Origin: Candidatus Aldehydirespirator sp.
GTDB taxonomy: Bacteria; Actinomycetota; Acidimicrobiia; Acidimicrobiales; Aldehydirespiratoraceae
Length of the DNA: 64,000 nucleotides
Assembly (NCBI GenBank): GCA_965261105.1
Contig: CBDHCM010000006.1
Location: 1,284,405-1,348,404 of the forward strand
Reading direction: 5' to 3'
Shown: piece by piece, positions 12,759 through 21,850 of the stretch
Position numbering within the stretch: the stretch's first letter is position 1
How the letters are laid out: each line of letters starts with the position of its first letter
The notes under the pieces: generated by a model
Told to the model about the DNA's origin: nothing
Seen by the model: the letters and a program-made list of their open reading frames with translations, nothing else
The model's database searches: none
Made by a program: the position numbers and the translations under genes

Positions 12759-13652
12759 ATGTTCAGCTTCCGCTACGTGCTGCGCGAGACCGGCCAGAAC
12801 CTGTGGCGCAACATCCTGCTCTCGGTGGCGACGGTGATCACCGTGGGCGTGTCACTGGCGATGTTCGGCGGCTTCATGCTGTTCCAGGCGGCGGTGGACA
12901 GCGCCACAGCCCGCTGGGCGGACGGCGTCGAGCTCATCGTGTGGATGAACGCCGACATTGAGACGGCCGAGGACTCCAGCATCCGCAACCAATTGGACGA
13001 GAGCCCCGGCGTGCTGCGGTGGGAGTACGTCGACCGGGAGCAGTCCTACGAGGAGTTCAGGGAGTTTTTCGAGGACACGCCCGAGGTTCTCGACATCACG
13101 ACCCCCGAGGAGGTGCCCCCGTACTACCGGGTGGTGCCCACCGATCCCGCCCCCGACGTAGTCGAGGAGTTGGCCGGCCAGTTCAAGGGCCGGCCCGGAG
13201 TCCGCAGGGTGACTACCGCAGTGGAGGTGATCCGCGATGTGCAGAATCTCTCGGACCGGGCCGGGCGGGTGCTGTTCATCGGTTCGATAGTCCTGCTCGC
13301 GGCCTCCACGCTGCTGATCCTCAACACGCTGGCGGTGGCCATCGGCAACCGGCGCACCGAGATCGAGATCATGCGGCTGGTGGGGGCCACCAAGGCGTTC
13401 ATCCGCATCCCGTTCATGCTCGAGGGCCTGGTGCAGGGCCTGCTCGGAGCGGCGGTGGCCATCACCAGCAACGCGCTGTTGCGCAACTACGTGATCGACC
13501 AGTTCAGCGACGCCGACGGCCTCCAACTGCTGGCCGGGTTCAAGGTGGACGACTCCGCCATGCTCCAGGTCAACCTGCTGGTGGTGGGGATCGCGGTGGG
13601 AGTGGCGGTCGTCGGCTCCAACATCGCAGTCGCCATGCACATCAACGAGTAG
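12759..13652 (+). CDS. ftsX: cell-division ABC transporter permease FtsX
   Basis: 297 aa. N-terminal FRYVLRETGQNLWRNILLSVATV, a periplasmic domain, then three C-terminal TM helices including EIEIMRLVGATKAFIRIPFMLEG. Confidence 0.93.
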   Translation: MFSFRYVLRETGQNLWRNILLSVATVITVGVSLAMFGGFMLFQAAVDSATARWADGVELIVWMNADIETAEDSSIRNQLDESPGVLRWEYVDREQSYEEFREFFEDTPEVLDITTPEEVPPYYRVVPTDPAPDVVEELAGQFKGRPGVRRVTTAVEVIRDVQNLSDRAGRVLFIGSIVLLAASTLLILNTLAVAIGNRRTEIEIMRLVGATKAFIRIPFMLEGLVQGLLGAAVAITSNALLRNYVIDQFSDADGLQLLAGFKVDDSAMLQVNLLVVGIAVGVAVVGSNIAVAMHINE

Positions 13653-13781
13653 CCCCGCCGGCGCGCTCCCGGCGCCGGCAGTGTTCTTGCCGATAGCCCC
13701 GCCGGCGCGCTCCCGGCGCCGGCAGTGTTCTTGCCGATAGCCCCGCCGGCGCGCTCCCGGCGCCGGCAGTGTTCTTGCCGA
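13650..13781 (+). terminator. three tandem 44-bp units, each containing a GC hairpin (putative triplicated intrinsic terminator)
   Basis: Unit TAGCCCCGCCGGCGCGCTCCCGGCGCCGGCAGTGTTCTTGCCGA occurs at 13650, 13694 and 13738, all identical. The stem GCCGGCGC / GCGCCGGC has a 7-nt loop followed by GTGTTCTTG. The first unit begins with the ftsX TAG stop. Confidence 0.7.
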
Positions 13782-13880
13782 TTGTTCGCGTCCAGTTGGC
13801 GCACCATTGTCTATGCAATCTTGTGATAGAATAGGGAATTGCAACTTCCCCCATGTGTTCGGCTACATGTGGGGAGAGCC

Positions 13881-16553
13881 ATGCCATCGAATGCTTCCGT
13901 CATCGAGGCGGTACGCGTAGGGTTCAGGCCGGTGAACGCCGAGGAACTACTGAGCCGACTGGTGTCGCGTGGGGTTGCGCAGGGAGCCCAGCCGGGCTCG
14001 GGCGCTACGCGGGCCGTGCGGTTCGGGCATTTCGAGGTTGCGACGGCTGACAACGCCGGGGAACGCCGGATGCGGGCGCTCTGGCGAGCGCGCGTCGGCA
14101 GCTCCGCTGTGAGCTACCTGCTGATCGCCGATGACGCCGACGTCGACGGAAACGTGTTGGCACTCGGGCCCCGCTCAGTGCTCGAGCCGGCCCGCTCCGT
14201 GGATTGTGCCGGGCTCGCGGCAGTGCTCGAGGAGGCCGCGCCGATGGTTGCGCTCGAAGCGGTGCGTCACGTTGCCGGTGAGGTCGTCCGGCTGGCGGGA
14301 CGGGGCGTCGTCGTCCACGGCCTGCTGACCCGCCACACGCTGGAGTCGCGGCTTCACGACGACCCTGGTTTCCGGGTCTTCGCCGCCGAGACCCTCGAGG
14401 GGTTGCGCATCGACGGCGACTGGCGTTCGGTTCTGCGCACGGTCGGATACGACATCGAACGGCTGGAGCCCCGCGGCTACCTGGCTCGCTTCGAGGGCCG
14501 CCCGGTCGTCGTCGTGCATCCAAGAGCCGACCCGAGCGACTTCATGCGCCTCGATGATGCGGGACGCCCAGCCGAGGGGGTGTTGGCGGGTGATTGCCGC
14601 GCTCGCGGAGCCCGCTACGGCATTCTCGCCTCTCGTAACCGCTATCGCCTGTTTGATTGCGATGTGTCGGCCTCAACCGCGGAATGGCTGGATCTCGACG
14701 CCGAACTGCTGGGCGAGTCTCGCCGCTCCTACCTCGCTCTGCTCGCCCCGAGCTATCTGGCCCAGGGAGGCCTGGCCGAACTGCAAGCCGATGCCCAGGC
14801 GTTTGGATCGCCACCTCGGCGGAGTCCGCCGCACTGCTGAGACCGACCCCGGGCGGGCCGCGGAGCAACTGCTCGACTTCGCGGTGCTCGACCCGGCCTG
14901 CGGCAGCGCGCACTTCCTGGTGCAGGTCACCGGGCAGCTCGCGGAGCGCACGGTCGTTTTCCTCGCCGAGACCCCGCTGCCCGCCATCAAGGAGGCCCTC
15001 GACCGGATGATGCCGCGGTCCTGGCGGCGTCATACCGCTTCCTGTATTGGCCGCTGGAGTTTCCGCAGGTGTTCTCCGGCGAGCGCCCCGGGTTCGACGC
15101 CGTGGTCGGAAACCCTCCCTGGGAGGAGGTGACCGTCGAGGAACTCTCGTTCTATGGGCTGCACCAGCCGGGCCTTCATGGACTGTCATCACGTGAGCAG
15201 AAGAGCGCGATCGCCGAACTTGTCGCCGAGCGTCCCGAGTTGCTCGGACTGCTGGCGGAAGCTCGCGGGCGGGCGCAGTCCGAGCGAGATGCCCTGGCAT
15301 CCGGCGAGTACGAGTCGACTAGAGGCGACCCTGATCTGTACAAGTATTTCTGCCAGCGCTATCGCACCCTGGTCCGCCCCAAGGGCGCTGTCGGTGTGGT
15401 GCTGCCGCGCTCCGCCCTCATCAGCAAGGGTTCGGAGGGCTTCCGCAAGTGGCTCTACACCGAGATGACCGCGCGGAGGATCGACACCCTGCTGAATCGT
15501 GGATGCTGGATGTTCGACAGCGAGCCGCGCTACGGCGTAGCCCTGCTCGTGGCAGAACGTCGGAGCCCTTCGGCAGGTCACCGAGTGGCGCTGCTCGGCA
15601 TCGCCGACTCGCAGGAGGCATGGGCCGGCCAGTCAGCATCACCGGGCGTTCCGGTGGCCGTCTCTTCCCTCGGCGATGGCTGGCTGACTCCGAGACTGCG
15701 GTCACAGGACGAAGCGGACTTGCTGGCCAAACTGCGGACCGGGACGCGCTTCCCCGTTGGGTCAAGCGGCCGGTGGAAATGCTTCCCCGTCGCCGAACTC
15801 CATGAGACCAACGACAAGAGCCTGTGGGAGGGCAAGCAGCGCGGTCGCCCGCTGTGGAAGGGCGAGAGCTTCGACCAGTACAACCCCCACGGTGAGGCCG
15901 CCCGACGGTGCCCCGTCAGCGCCAAGTTATGGAAGAAGGTTCGCAAGCCCCGACCCGGCCAGGACTCCGTGGTTGCTGAATCAACCAACCGCGCCGAGCG
16001 TCGCCAAGCGGTAGCAGTGGAACTGGACCGGGCGAGGGTCGCGTTCCGGGATGTGGCCCGATCCGACGACAGCAGGACGGTCCGCGCTTGTCTGGTTCCG
16101 CCCAAGCTCTTGCTCACCAACAAGGCGCCGTACGTGGCGTTTCTGGGCGGCGATGAGACAGTCCAGGCTGCGTGCCTCGGCGTGATGAACAGCATGCCTT
16201 TCGATTGGCAGGCCCGCCGGTACGTGGAAATCAATCTGAACTTCTTCATCCTTGAAGCGCTGACGGTGCCCGATCTTGAAGACGAGGACTACGCCGAGAT
16301 CGCCCGAGCGGCCGCTCGGCTCTCAGCCATCGACAGCCGCTTCGCCACGTTCGCCGCGGCGGTCGGGGTGGAGCAGGGTCGGCTGCTAGCCGACGAACGT
16401 CGGCGACTGAAGGCTGAGATCGACGCGCGGGTGGCCCGAGCCTGGAAGCTCACCGAGGCCGACTTGGAGACGATGTTCGCGGACTTCAGCGCCGACGCGG
16501 TGCCGCCTGCCTACCGTGCCTTGGTGATCGAGCGACGGCGCGAGCTGGGCTGA
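13881..16553 (+). pseudogene. eroded Eco57I/type IIG-like N6-adenine DNA methyltransferase, split over three frames with internal deletions
   Basis: Segment 1 (13881..14840) is an N-terminal domain ending ...NRYRLFDCD...LAELQADAQAFG. Segment 2 (frame of ORF 14554..15132) carries SAM motif I, LLDFAVLDPACGSAHFLV, at about 14870-14930. Segment 3 (frame of ORF 15069..16553) reads ...YRFLYWPLEFPQVFSGERPGFDAVVGNPPWEEV, with NPPW at 15111-15122, plus a ~480-aa C-terminal region. The helical regions expected before motif I and between motifs I and IV are missing. ATG 13881 is preceded by GGGGAGAG. Confidence 0.75.
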
Positions 16554-16557
16554 TCCC

Positions 16558-19500
16558 GTGCCCGGCCGTCCCTACCTGCTCGACAACCTCAGCGACTCCG
16601 GCCGCCACGCCGGCGCGCTCAGCTACCTGCTCGACGACATCGACGCCCACCACGGTCTGTCGGTGGCCACCGGATACGTCAACCTGGGCGGATTGCATCA
16701 TGTCGCCGTTGCCGTCACCGGCGAGCGGCAGGTCCGGCTGCTGATCGGCGCGACCCCCGCGCCCGGCCTTGGGGCACTGCTTCCCGACTCGCTCTTCGAG
16801 CTGACCCTGGCCGGGCTGCGCCAGGACCGGGATCTGTCCCGGTTCCCGCCGAGCCGAGCTTCAACGCAGCTCCTCGCCCTCAACTCGTGGCTCGACCGCC
16901 CCGAGATCGAGGTCCGCCGCTACACCAGACGCTTTCTGCACGGCAAGGCCTATCTGTTCGGTGACACCGACGACGCCCGTGCCGCTCTGGTCACCTCGGC
17001 CAACCTCACCGGCGCCGGCCTCTTCCAAAACTTGGAGTTGGGTCTCGTCCAGTACGACCCGCCCGTAGCCGGCCAGGCCATCGCGTGGTTCGACCAGCTT
17101 TGGGCCGAGGCCGAGGAATTCAAGGACGAACTGCGTGAGCTGCTGTTCCCCGAGATCGGCCTGGTCACCCCCAGAACGGTCTACCTGAGAGCCTTGCTGG
17201 AACTGCTCGACGCTGAAGTTGACGAGCCGCCGGGGCCGCTCCCCGGCACCGTGGATCTGGCGCCGTTCCAGCGCGACGGGTTCAACCGCGCCCTGCGCAT
17301 CCTGAGCGGCCACCACGGCGTGATCTACGCCGACGGAGTCGGCACGGGCAAGACCGAGATCGGACTCGCCCTGATCGAGGAGTACTCGCTGCGCAGAGGC
17401 CTGCACGCGCTGGTAGTCGCCCCCGCTCAGCTCGTCGAGTACTGGAACGAGAGGCTGTCGCAGTCCCGGCTCCCCGCACAGGTGGTGAGCTTCCACCAAC
17501 TCGCCGCTGATGAGCAGTTGGCTGCACCCGATATGTCGAACCAGCGTCGCCACCTCCACAGCGACAAGGACGTCTACCGGCTCGTCGTAGTGGACGAGGG
17601 GCACGCCCTGCGCACACCCGGCACCACCTGGTACCGGGCCGTGTCGCGCCTGCTCGGCGGCGTGCAGAAGGATCTCGCCCTGCTGACCGCCACTCCCATC
17701 AACAACGGCCTGTGGGACCTCTATCACCTGGTGATGGCCTTCGCCCGCCACGACCGGGCGTTCGCGGGCCACGGCATCCCGTCACTGAGGCGTCTCTTCG
17801 TGAGCGCCGGCGCCAACGAGCGAGACGTCGAGAACCTCGACCCCGACGTGTTGTTCCCGCTGGCCGACATGGTGAGCGTTCGCCGGGACCGCCGTTTCAT
17901 CGAGCGCCACTACCCCGACGAGACCTTCCCCGACGGCACTCCCGTCTCGTTCCCCACTCCAGTGCTGTCCACCGAGCGCTACGACCTCGATGCCGCGTTC
18001 CCTCGCCTGGTGCAGTTGATCACCGCCAGCCTCGCCCACCTAAAGATGGCCCGGTACCGTCCGAGCGTCTACCGGAACGTCGGCGACGAGGTCGGGCGCG
18101 AGGCCGCGCTTGGTGCCCTGCTGCAGTCGGCCGTGCTTAAGCGGTTCGAGTCGTGCTGGCAGGCATGCATGCTCACGATCAACCGAATGATCGCCGCCCA
18201 CGACACCTTCCTCGCCGCCTGGGACGGCGGTTGGGTCCTAACCGGCGATGCGCTTCGAGAGGCGGCCTCGCTCGATCTGGACGAGTCGGGCCTGGCCGGC
18301 TGGCTGCAGGAGAACCTCGACGAAGCCGGGCGGGAGTCGGTCGAAGACTTCAAGCCCGCCTATCGCACCGACGTCAGTGCAGACCGAGACGTTCTGTACG
18401 TCTGCGCGGACGCCTTGGGGAAGCTCGACGCCGAGGGCGACCCGAAGTTGGCCCTGCTTCGGCGTCTGCTCGCGGATGTCCCGTCCAGGAAGGTGATCGT
18501 CTTCTCCGCGTTCGCCGACACCGTGCGCTACCTGGACGAGAACCTGTCGGCGCAGATCGACGGACGCGAGCGGGTGACCGTGATCGGCGCGGAGACCGAC
18601 CCCGATCAGCGCACGGCCATGCTCGCCCGCTTCTGCCCCGAGACGGTCGTGCGCCCCGGCTACGTGCCTCCCGACGGCGAGGTGGACCTGCTGTTGAGCA
18701 ACGACGTCCTCTCCGAAGGCCAGAACCTGCAGCAGGCCGCGGCGGTCATCAGCTACGACATGCCCTGGAACCCCCAGCGCGTCGTTCAACGCTACGGCCG
18801 TGTCGTGCGGCTCAAGAGCCCCCACGACCGGGTGTCGCTGGTCACCATGCTCCCCGAGCCCGGCGACCTCGAATTGATCCTGAACCTTGAAGCGGCAATA
18901 CGCCGCAAGATCGTGGCCGCCCGCCCCTACGGCATGGAGATCGAGGTGGTCGAGAGTGATGTGGCCGAAGAGATCAAGTCCTACGCCCGGCGCCTGAGCC
19001 GAGGCGACCAGTCGCTGCTCGACGAGGCCGGCGAATCAGCCGAGTCGCGAACCGTGAGCGGTGAACTGCTGCGGGCCGAGCTGCGCCGAGCCGCCGCCGA
19101 GGGCGAGATAGACAGGGTCCGCAATCTGCCGTGGGGGATAGGTGCCGCCTTCGCCCAGGGATCGGGCGTTCCCTCGGCCGGCCCGCCCGGAGTGTTCCTC
19201 GCCTGCCGCACTCGCGGCGGCGAGAGGTACTGGCGCTACGTGGCGGACAGTGGCGAGCCGGCGTCCGCGCCGGCAACGATCCTGCGCCGCATCGATCCCG
19301 GGGACGCACCCGGTGTGCCCAACCCGCCCATCGACCTGGACGCAGCTTGGTCGACCGCGGCATCTTCGATCATCGACGAGCACAACGAAGCAGCCTCTGC
19401 GTCGGCCGACAACCGCTCGCTGGGGCCGATCCAGCGCTGGGCCCGAAGTCTGCTGGAGGACGTGAGCGTGTCGTCGCCGCCATCAGCAGCCGACGCCTAC

Positions 19501-19731
19501 GAAGCCCTCGGCGCCGAGCGCAGCACGCTCGTCCGCCACGATCTAGCCAAGATCAAGAGGTCCCTAGACAACGACTCGATCACCCCGGATGAAGCCGCCC
19601 GCCAAGTGGTAGCGGTAGTCGAGTTCCACGGCCTCCGAGCCGTGGATGCAGCACCACCAGCACCCCAGATCACCGAGAACGACTTAGGAGTAGTCTGCTG
19701 GATGGCCGTCCTCCCCGAGCGTCGGGAGTAG
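16558..19731 (+). CDS. HKD (phospholipase-D family) nuclease domain fused to an SNF2/DEAD-like helicase
   Basis: 1057 aa; GTG is 5 nt after the MTase stop. The HKD motif is RRFLHGKAYLFGD...ALVTSANLTGAGL (HGK at 16939-16947). Helicase motifs are FQRDGF...YADGVGTGKT (motif I), VVVDEGHALR (DEGH), LLTATPINN, and a helicase-C block LSEGQNLQQAAAVISYDMPWNPQRVVQRYGRV. The ~300-aa C-terminal region is unassigned. Confidence 0.85.
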   Translation: MPGRPYLLDNLSDSGRHAGALSYLLDDIDAHHGLSVATGYVNLGGLHHVAVAVTGERQVRLLIGATPAPGLGALLPDSLFELTLAGLRQDRDLSRFPPSRASTQLLALNSWLDRPEIEVRRYTRRFLHGKAYLFGDTDDARAALVTSANLTGAGLFQNLELGLVQYDPPVAGQAIAWFDQLWAEAEEFKDELRELLFPEIGLVTPRTVYLRALLELLDAEVDEPPGPLPGTVDLAPFQRDGFNRALRILSGHHGVIYADGVGTGKTEIGLALIEEYSLRRGLHALVVAPAQLVEYWNERLSQSRLPAQVVSFHQLAADEQLAAPDMSNQRRHLHSDKDVYRLVVVDEGHALRTPGTTWYRAVSRLLGGVQKDLALLTATPINNGLWDLYHLVMAFARHDRAFAGHGIPSLRRLFVSAGANERDVENLDPDVLFPLADMVSVRRDRRFIERHYPDETFPDGTPVSFPTPVLSTERYDLDAAFPRLVQLITASLAHLKMARYRPSVYRNVGDEVGREAALGALLQSAVLKRFESCWQACMLTINRMIAAHDTFLAAWDGGWVLTGDALREAASLDLDESGLAGWLQENLDEAGRESVEDFKPAYRTDVSADRDVLYVCADALGKLDAEGDPKLALLRRLLADVPSRKVIVFSAFADTVRYLDENLSAQIDGRERVTVIGAETDPDQRTAMLARFCPETVVRPGYVPPDGEVDLLLSNDVLSEGQNLQQAAAVISYDMPWNPQRVVQRYGRVVRLKSPHDRVSLVTMLPEPGDLELILNLEAAIRRKIVAARPYGMEIEVVESDVAEEIKSYARRLSRGDQSLLDEAGESAESRTVSGELLRAELRRAAAEGEIDRVRNLPWGIGAAFAQGSGVPSAGPPGVFLACRTRGGERYWRYVADSGEPASAPATILRRIDPGDAPGVPNPPIDLDAAWSTAASSIIDEHNEAASASADNRSLGPIQRWARSLLEDVSVSSPPSAADAYEALGAERSTLVRHDLAKIKRSLDNDSITPDEAARQVVAVVEFHGLRAVDAAPPAPQITENDLGVVCWMAVLPERRE

Positions 19732-19766
19732 CCTGTCTCACATCCAGATCGACCACCGGATAGGGG

Positions 19767-21092
19767 ATGGTCGGCCAAATGACTGAATCGACTAGCACTG
19801 ATGCGGGCGTTGGAGCTACACGCGTAGAGGCGCTGTACTACCGCTCTCTGCGATACATATCGCAGCCGCTTGGGCGTTTCCACATCCTCGTGGGTGCTAA
19901 TGCCAGCGGCAAGTCCAACTTCCTCGATGTGCTTGCATTTCTAGGCGACGTCCTCAGCACCGATCTGCAGACGGCCATGCTCGGTGATGATCGGCTGAAC
20001 ATCCCGCTGCGGGCCGCCGACGGACGCGATCTGCTCTGGGCGGGATCCCGGGGATATTCGTGGCAGGCACACAACTCGTTTGAGCTAGCGGTTGAGATGG
20101 CCATCCCTGAGGGGCTGAGCAGCCACTCCGTGTGTCGGTACGAGGTAGCGATTGACGTCTCGTCCGAGCCCGTATTCGTTTCCGAGACACTTTGGCTCAA
20201 GCCCCGTGTGGCAACCTTGCCTCTGAAGGAAGGTCGCAGGCACGTTTTTCCCCATCCTCCAGACCCACCGATTCAGATTGCGCGAGGCCCAGGCGAGCAT
20301 GGTCCCGAGGGCTGGGAGAGAGTCCTGTCAAGGGGACGAACACCCGAGCGGGTCAACTATCGATCCGAGACGAGCGGTTGGACCGCTCCGTTTCAGATCG
20401 CCGCGGGTAAGTCAGCTCTGGCCAACCTCCCTGAGGACCACTCGCTGTTCCCGGTCGCTCTCTGGTTCCGGCAGAAGTTGCTTGGCGCTGAGCGGATTGT
20501 TCTATCGGGGGAGGCCATGCGGCGACCGTGTCCGCCAATCCGGCGTCACGAGTACCTGCCTGACGGATCCAACCTTCCCCATGTGGTTCACCAGTTGGCG
20601 AACTCCCACCCGGACAGGCACGAGCGCTGGATCAGGCACGTTCGCGAGGCGCTGCCGGACATCATCGGCATCACGACGCGCGAGCGGGAGGAGGATCGGC
20701 ATCGCTATGTCGTGCTGGAACACTCCAACGGGCAGGAGATGCCGTCATGGCTGGTGTCCGACGGCACGCTGCGACTTCTTGCGCTCACGCTGCTGGCCTA
20801 CCTGCCCGACATGACCGGGATATACCTAATTGAAGAGCCCGAGAACGGCCTACACCCGCTGGCAGTTGAGACGGTTCTACAGTCCCTGTCGTCGGTGTAC
20901 GACGCGCAGATCCTGCTTACGACGCATTCGCCGCTCGTAGCCCGTCTCGCTGAGCCGGACGAACTGCTTTGCGTCGCTCGAGACGAGACGGCGGGCACCG
21001 ACATGGTCAAGGGGACGGAACATCCGCGCTTGCGCGACTGGCAGGGATCGGCCGATCTCGGCACACTCCTCGCAAGCGGCGTCCTGGGATGA
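19767..21092 (+). CDS. AAA_15/AAA_21-type (ABC/SMC-like) ATPase
   Basis: 441 aa with Walker A ILVGANASGKSNFLDVL (19893-19916). The C-terminal block YLIEEPENGLHPLAVETVLQSL...ILLTTHSPLV is a Walker B/D-loop/H-loop arrangement typical of OLD/AbiL/PARIS-type defence ATPases. GC is about 58-60%. Confidence 0.8.
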   Translation: MVGQMTESTSTDAGVGATRVEALYYRSLRYISQPLGRFHILVGANASGKSNFLDVLAFLGDVLSTDLQTAMLGDDRLNIPLRAADGRDLLWAGSRGYSWQAHNSFELAVEMAIPEGLSSHSVCRYEVAIDVSSEPVFVSETLWLKPRVATLPLKEGRRHVFPHPPDPPIQIARGPGEHGPEGWERVLSRGRTPERVNYRSETSGWTAPFQIAAGKSALANLPEDHSLFPVALWFRQKLLGAERIVLSGEAMRRPCPPIRRHEYLPDGSNLPHVVHQLANSHPDRHERWIRHVREALPDIIGITTREREEDRHRYVVLEHSNGQEMPSWLVSDGTLRLLALTLLAYLPDMTGIYLIEEPENGLHPLAVETVLQSLSSVYDAQILLTTHSPLVARLAEPDELLCVARDETAGTDMVKGTEHPRLRDWQGSADLGTLLASGVLG

Positions 21093-21703
21093 CGGCGGAC
21101 CTCCTATGCCTCGTGGCTGACAAGAACATGGAGGCCGCCGTCTCGGGACTGTTGTCTCGGCCGAGAGCGCTCGGCATTCGACCTATTGCGCGTGAACTGA
21201 TGGTCCATCCTGAGCGCGATCCGGGCTGCTTTCACAATGGCGTCGAGTTCCTCCGTGGCCTGCGTTCTCGGGCGGAGCACGCGCTGGTATTGCTCGACCT
21301 CGCCTGGCAGGGCGTGCCCGCGGAATCGGCATCCGAACTTGAGGGCCGGCTTGAGACGAATCTGGCGCGGGCAGGCATGACGGACTGGGCAAGAGCGGTG
21401 GTCATCGAGCCAGAACTTGAGGCCTGGGTCTTCGGCCGTTCCAGGCACATCCCGACAGCGCTGGGCTGGCCCGAGAGTAGTGAAGGACTTCGATCGGCTT
21501 TGGCTGCCAACGGTCTGTGGCCAGCTGAAGACCACAAGCCTCCAGACCCCAAGGCGGCTATGGAATGGGCACTGAGGCGTGTGGCGATTCCACGGTCGTC
21601 GTCGATATACCGCCAGCTCGCAGCGAAGGTCGGCACGAAGAAGTGCACGGATCGAGCCTTCGTCCGGTTTCGTACCCTTCTGCAGAACTGGTTCCCGGCC
21701 TAG
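21089..21703 (+). CDS. small partner protein of the AAA ATPase (possibly DUF4276/RloB/TOPRIM-like)
   Basis: 204 aa. Its ATG overlaps the ATPase TGA (ATGA at 21089-21092). LLCLVADKNMEAAVSGLL, ALVLLDLAW and VVIEPELEAWVFG follow the spacing of acidic residues seen in DUF4276/TOPRIM-like partners. This assignment is from memory of the family, not a search. Confidence 0.6.
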   Translation: MTADLLCLVADKNMEAAVSGLLSRPRALGIRPIARELMVHPERDPGCFHNGVEFLRGLRSRAEHALVLLDLAWQGVPAESASELEGRLETNLARAGMTDWARAVVIEPELEAWVFGRSRHIPTALGWPESSEGLRSALAANGLWPAEDHKPPDPKAAMEWALRRVAIPRSSSIYRQLAAKVGTKKCTDRAFVRFRTLLQNWFPA

Positions 21704-21715
21704 ACGGGTCTCGGA

Positions 21716-21850
21716 CTATCGGGTCGCTTGGCTGTGCTTGGCTTGCTTGAGGGCTTGGTACAGCGCTTTCTGGATGCGGTTGCCGCGGCGGCCGTAGCCC
21801 CGTTGAGCAAGCGTCTCCTCGAACGATCTGCGCGTCGGTCCGCAGATAGC
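21716..21850 (-). pseudogene. short relic of a gene 3' end
   Basis: One minus frame reads ...SFEETLAQRGYGRRGNRIQKALYQALKQAKHSQATR* (stop at 21716-21718). An adjacent frame reads ...QWVMPDGYLRTDAQIV just upstream. Both look protein-like but are short, frameshifted and lack a start. Confidence 0.25.

Noticed and set aside
13650-13781. Possible CRISPR array (also considered for the 330-bp repeats at 43.3-60.5 kb)
   Set aside because: The units are directly abutting with no unique spacers. The large array is protein-coding. There are no cas genes in the window.
13806-13820. 14-nt identity TTGTCTATGCAATC shared with the lrp start region (23144-23157)
   Set aside because: For a 64-kb window, several 14-mer coincidences are expected by chance, and there is no extended similarity on either side.
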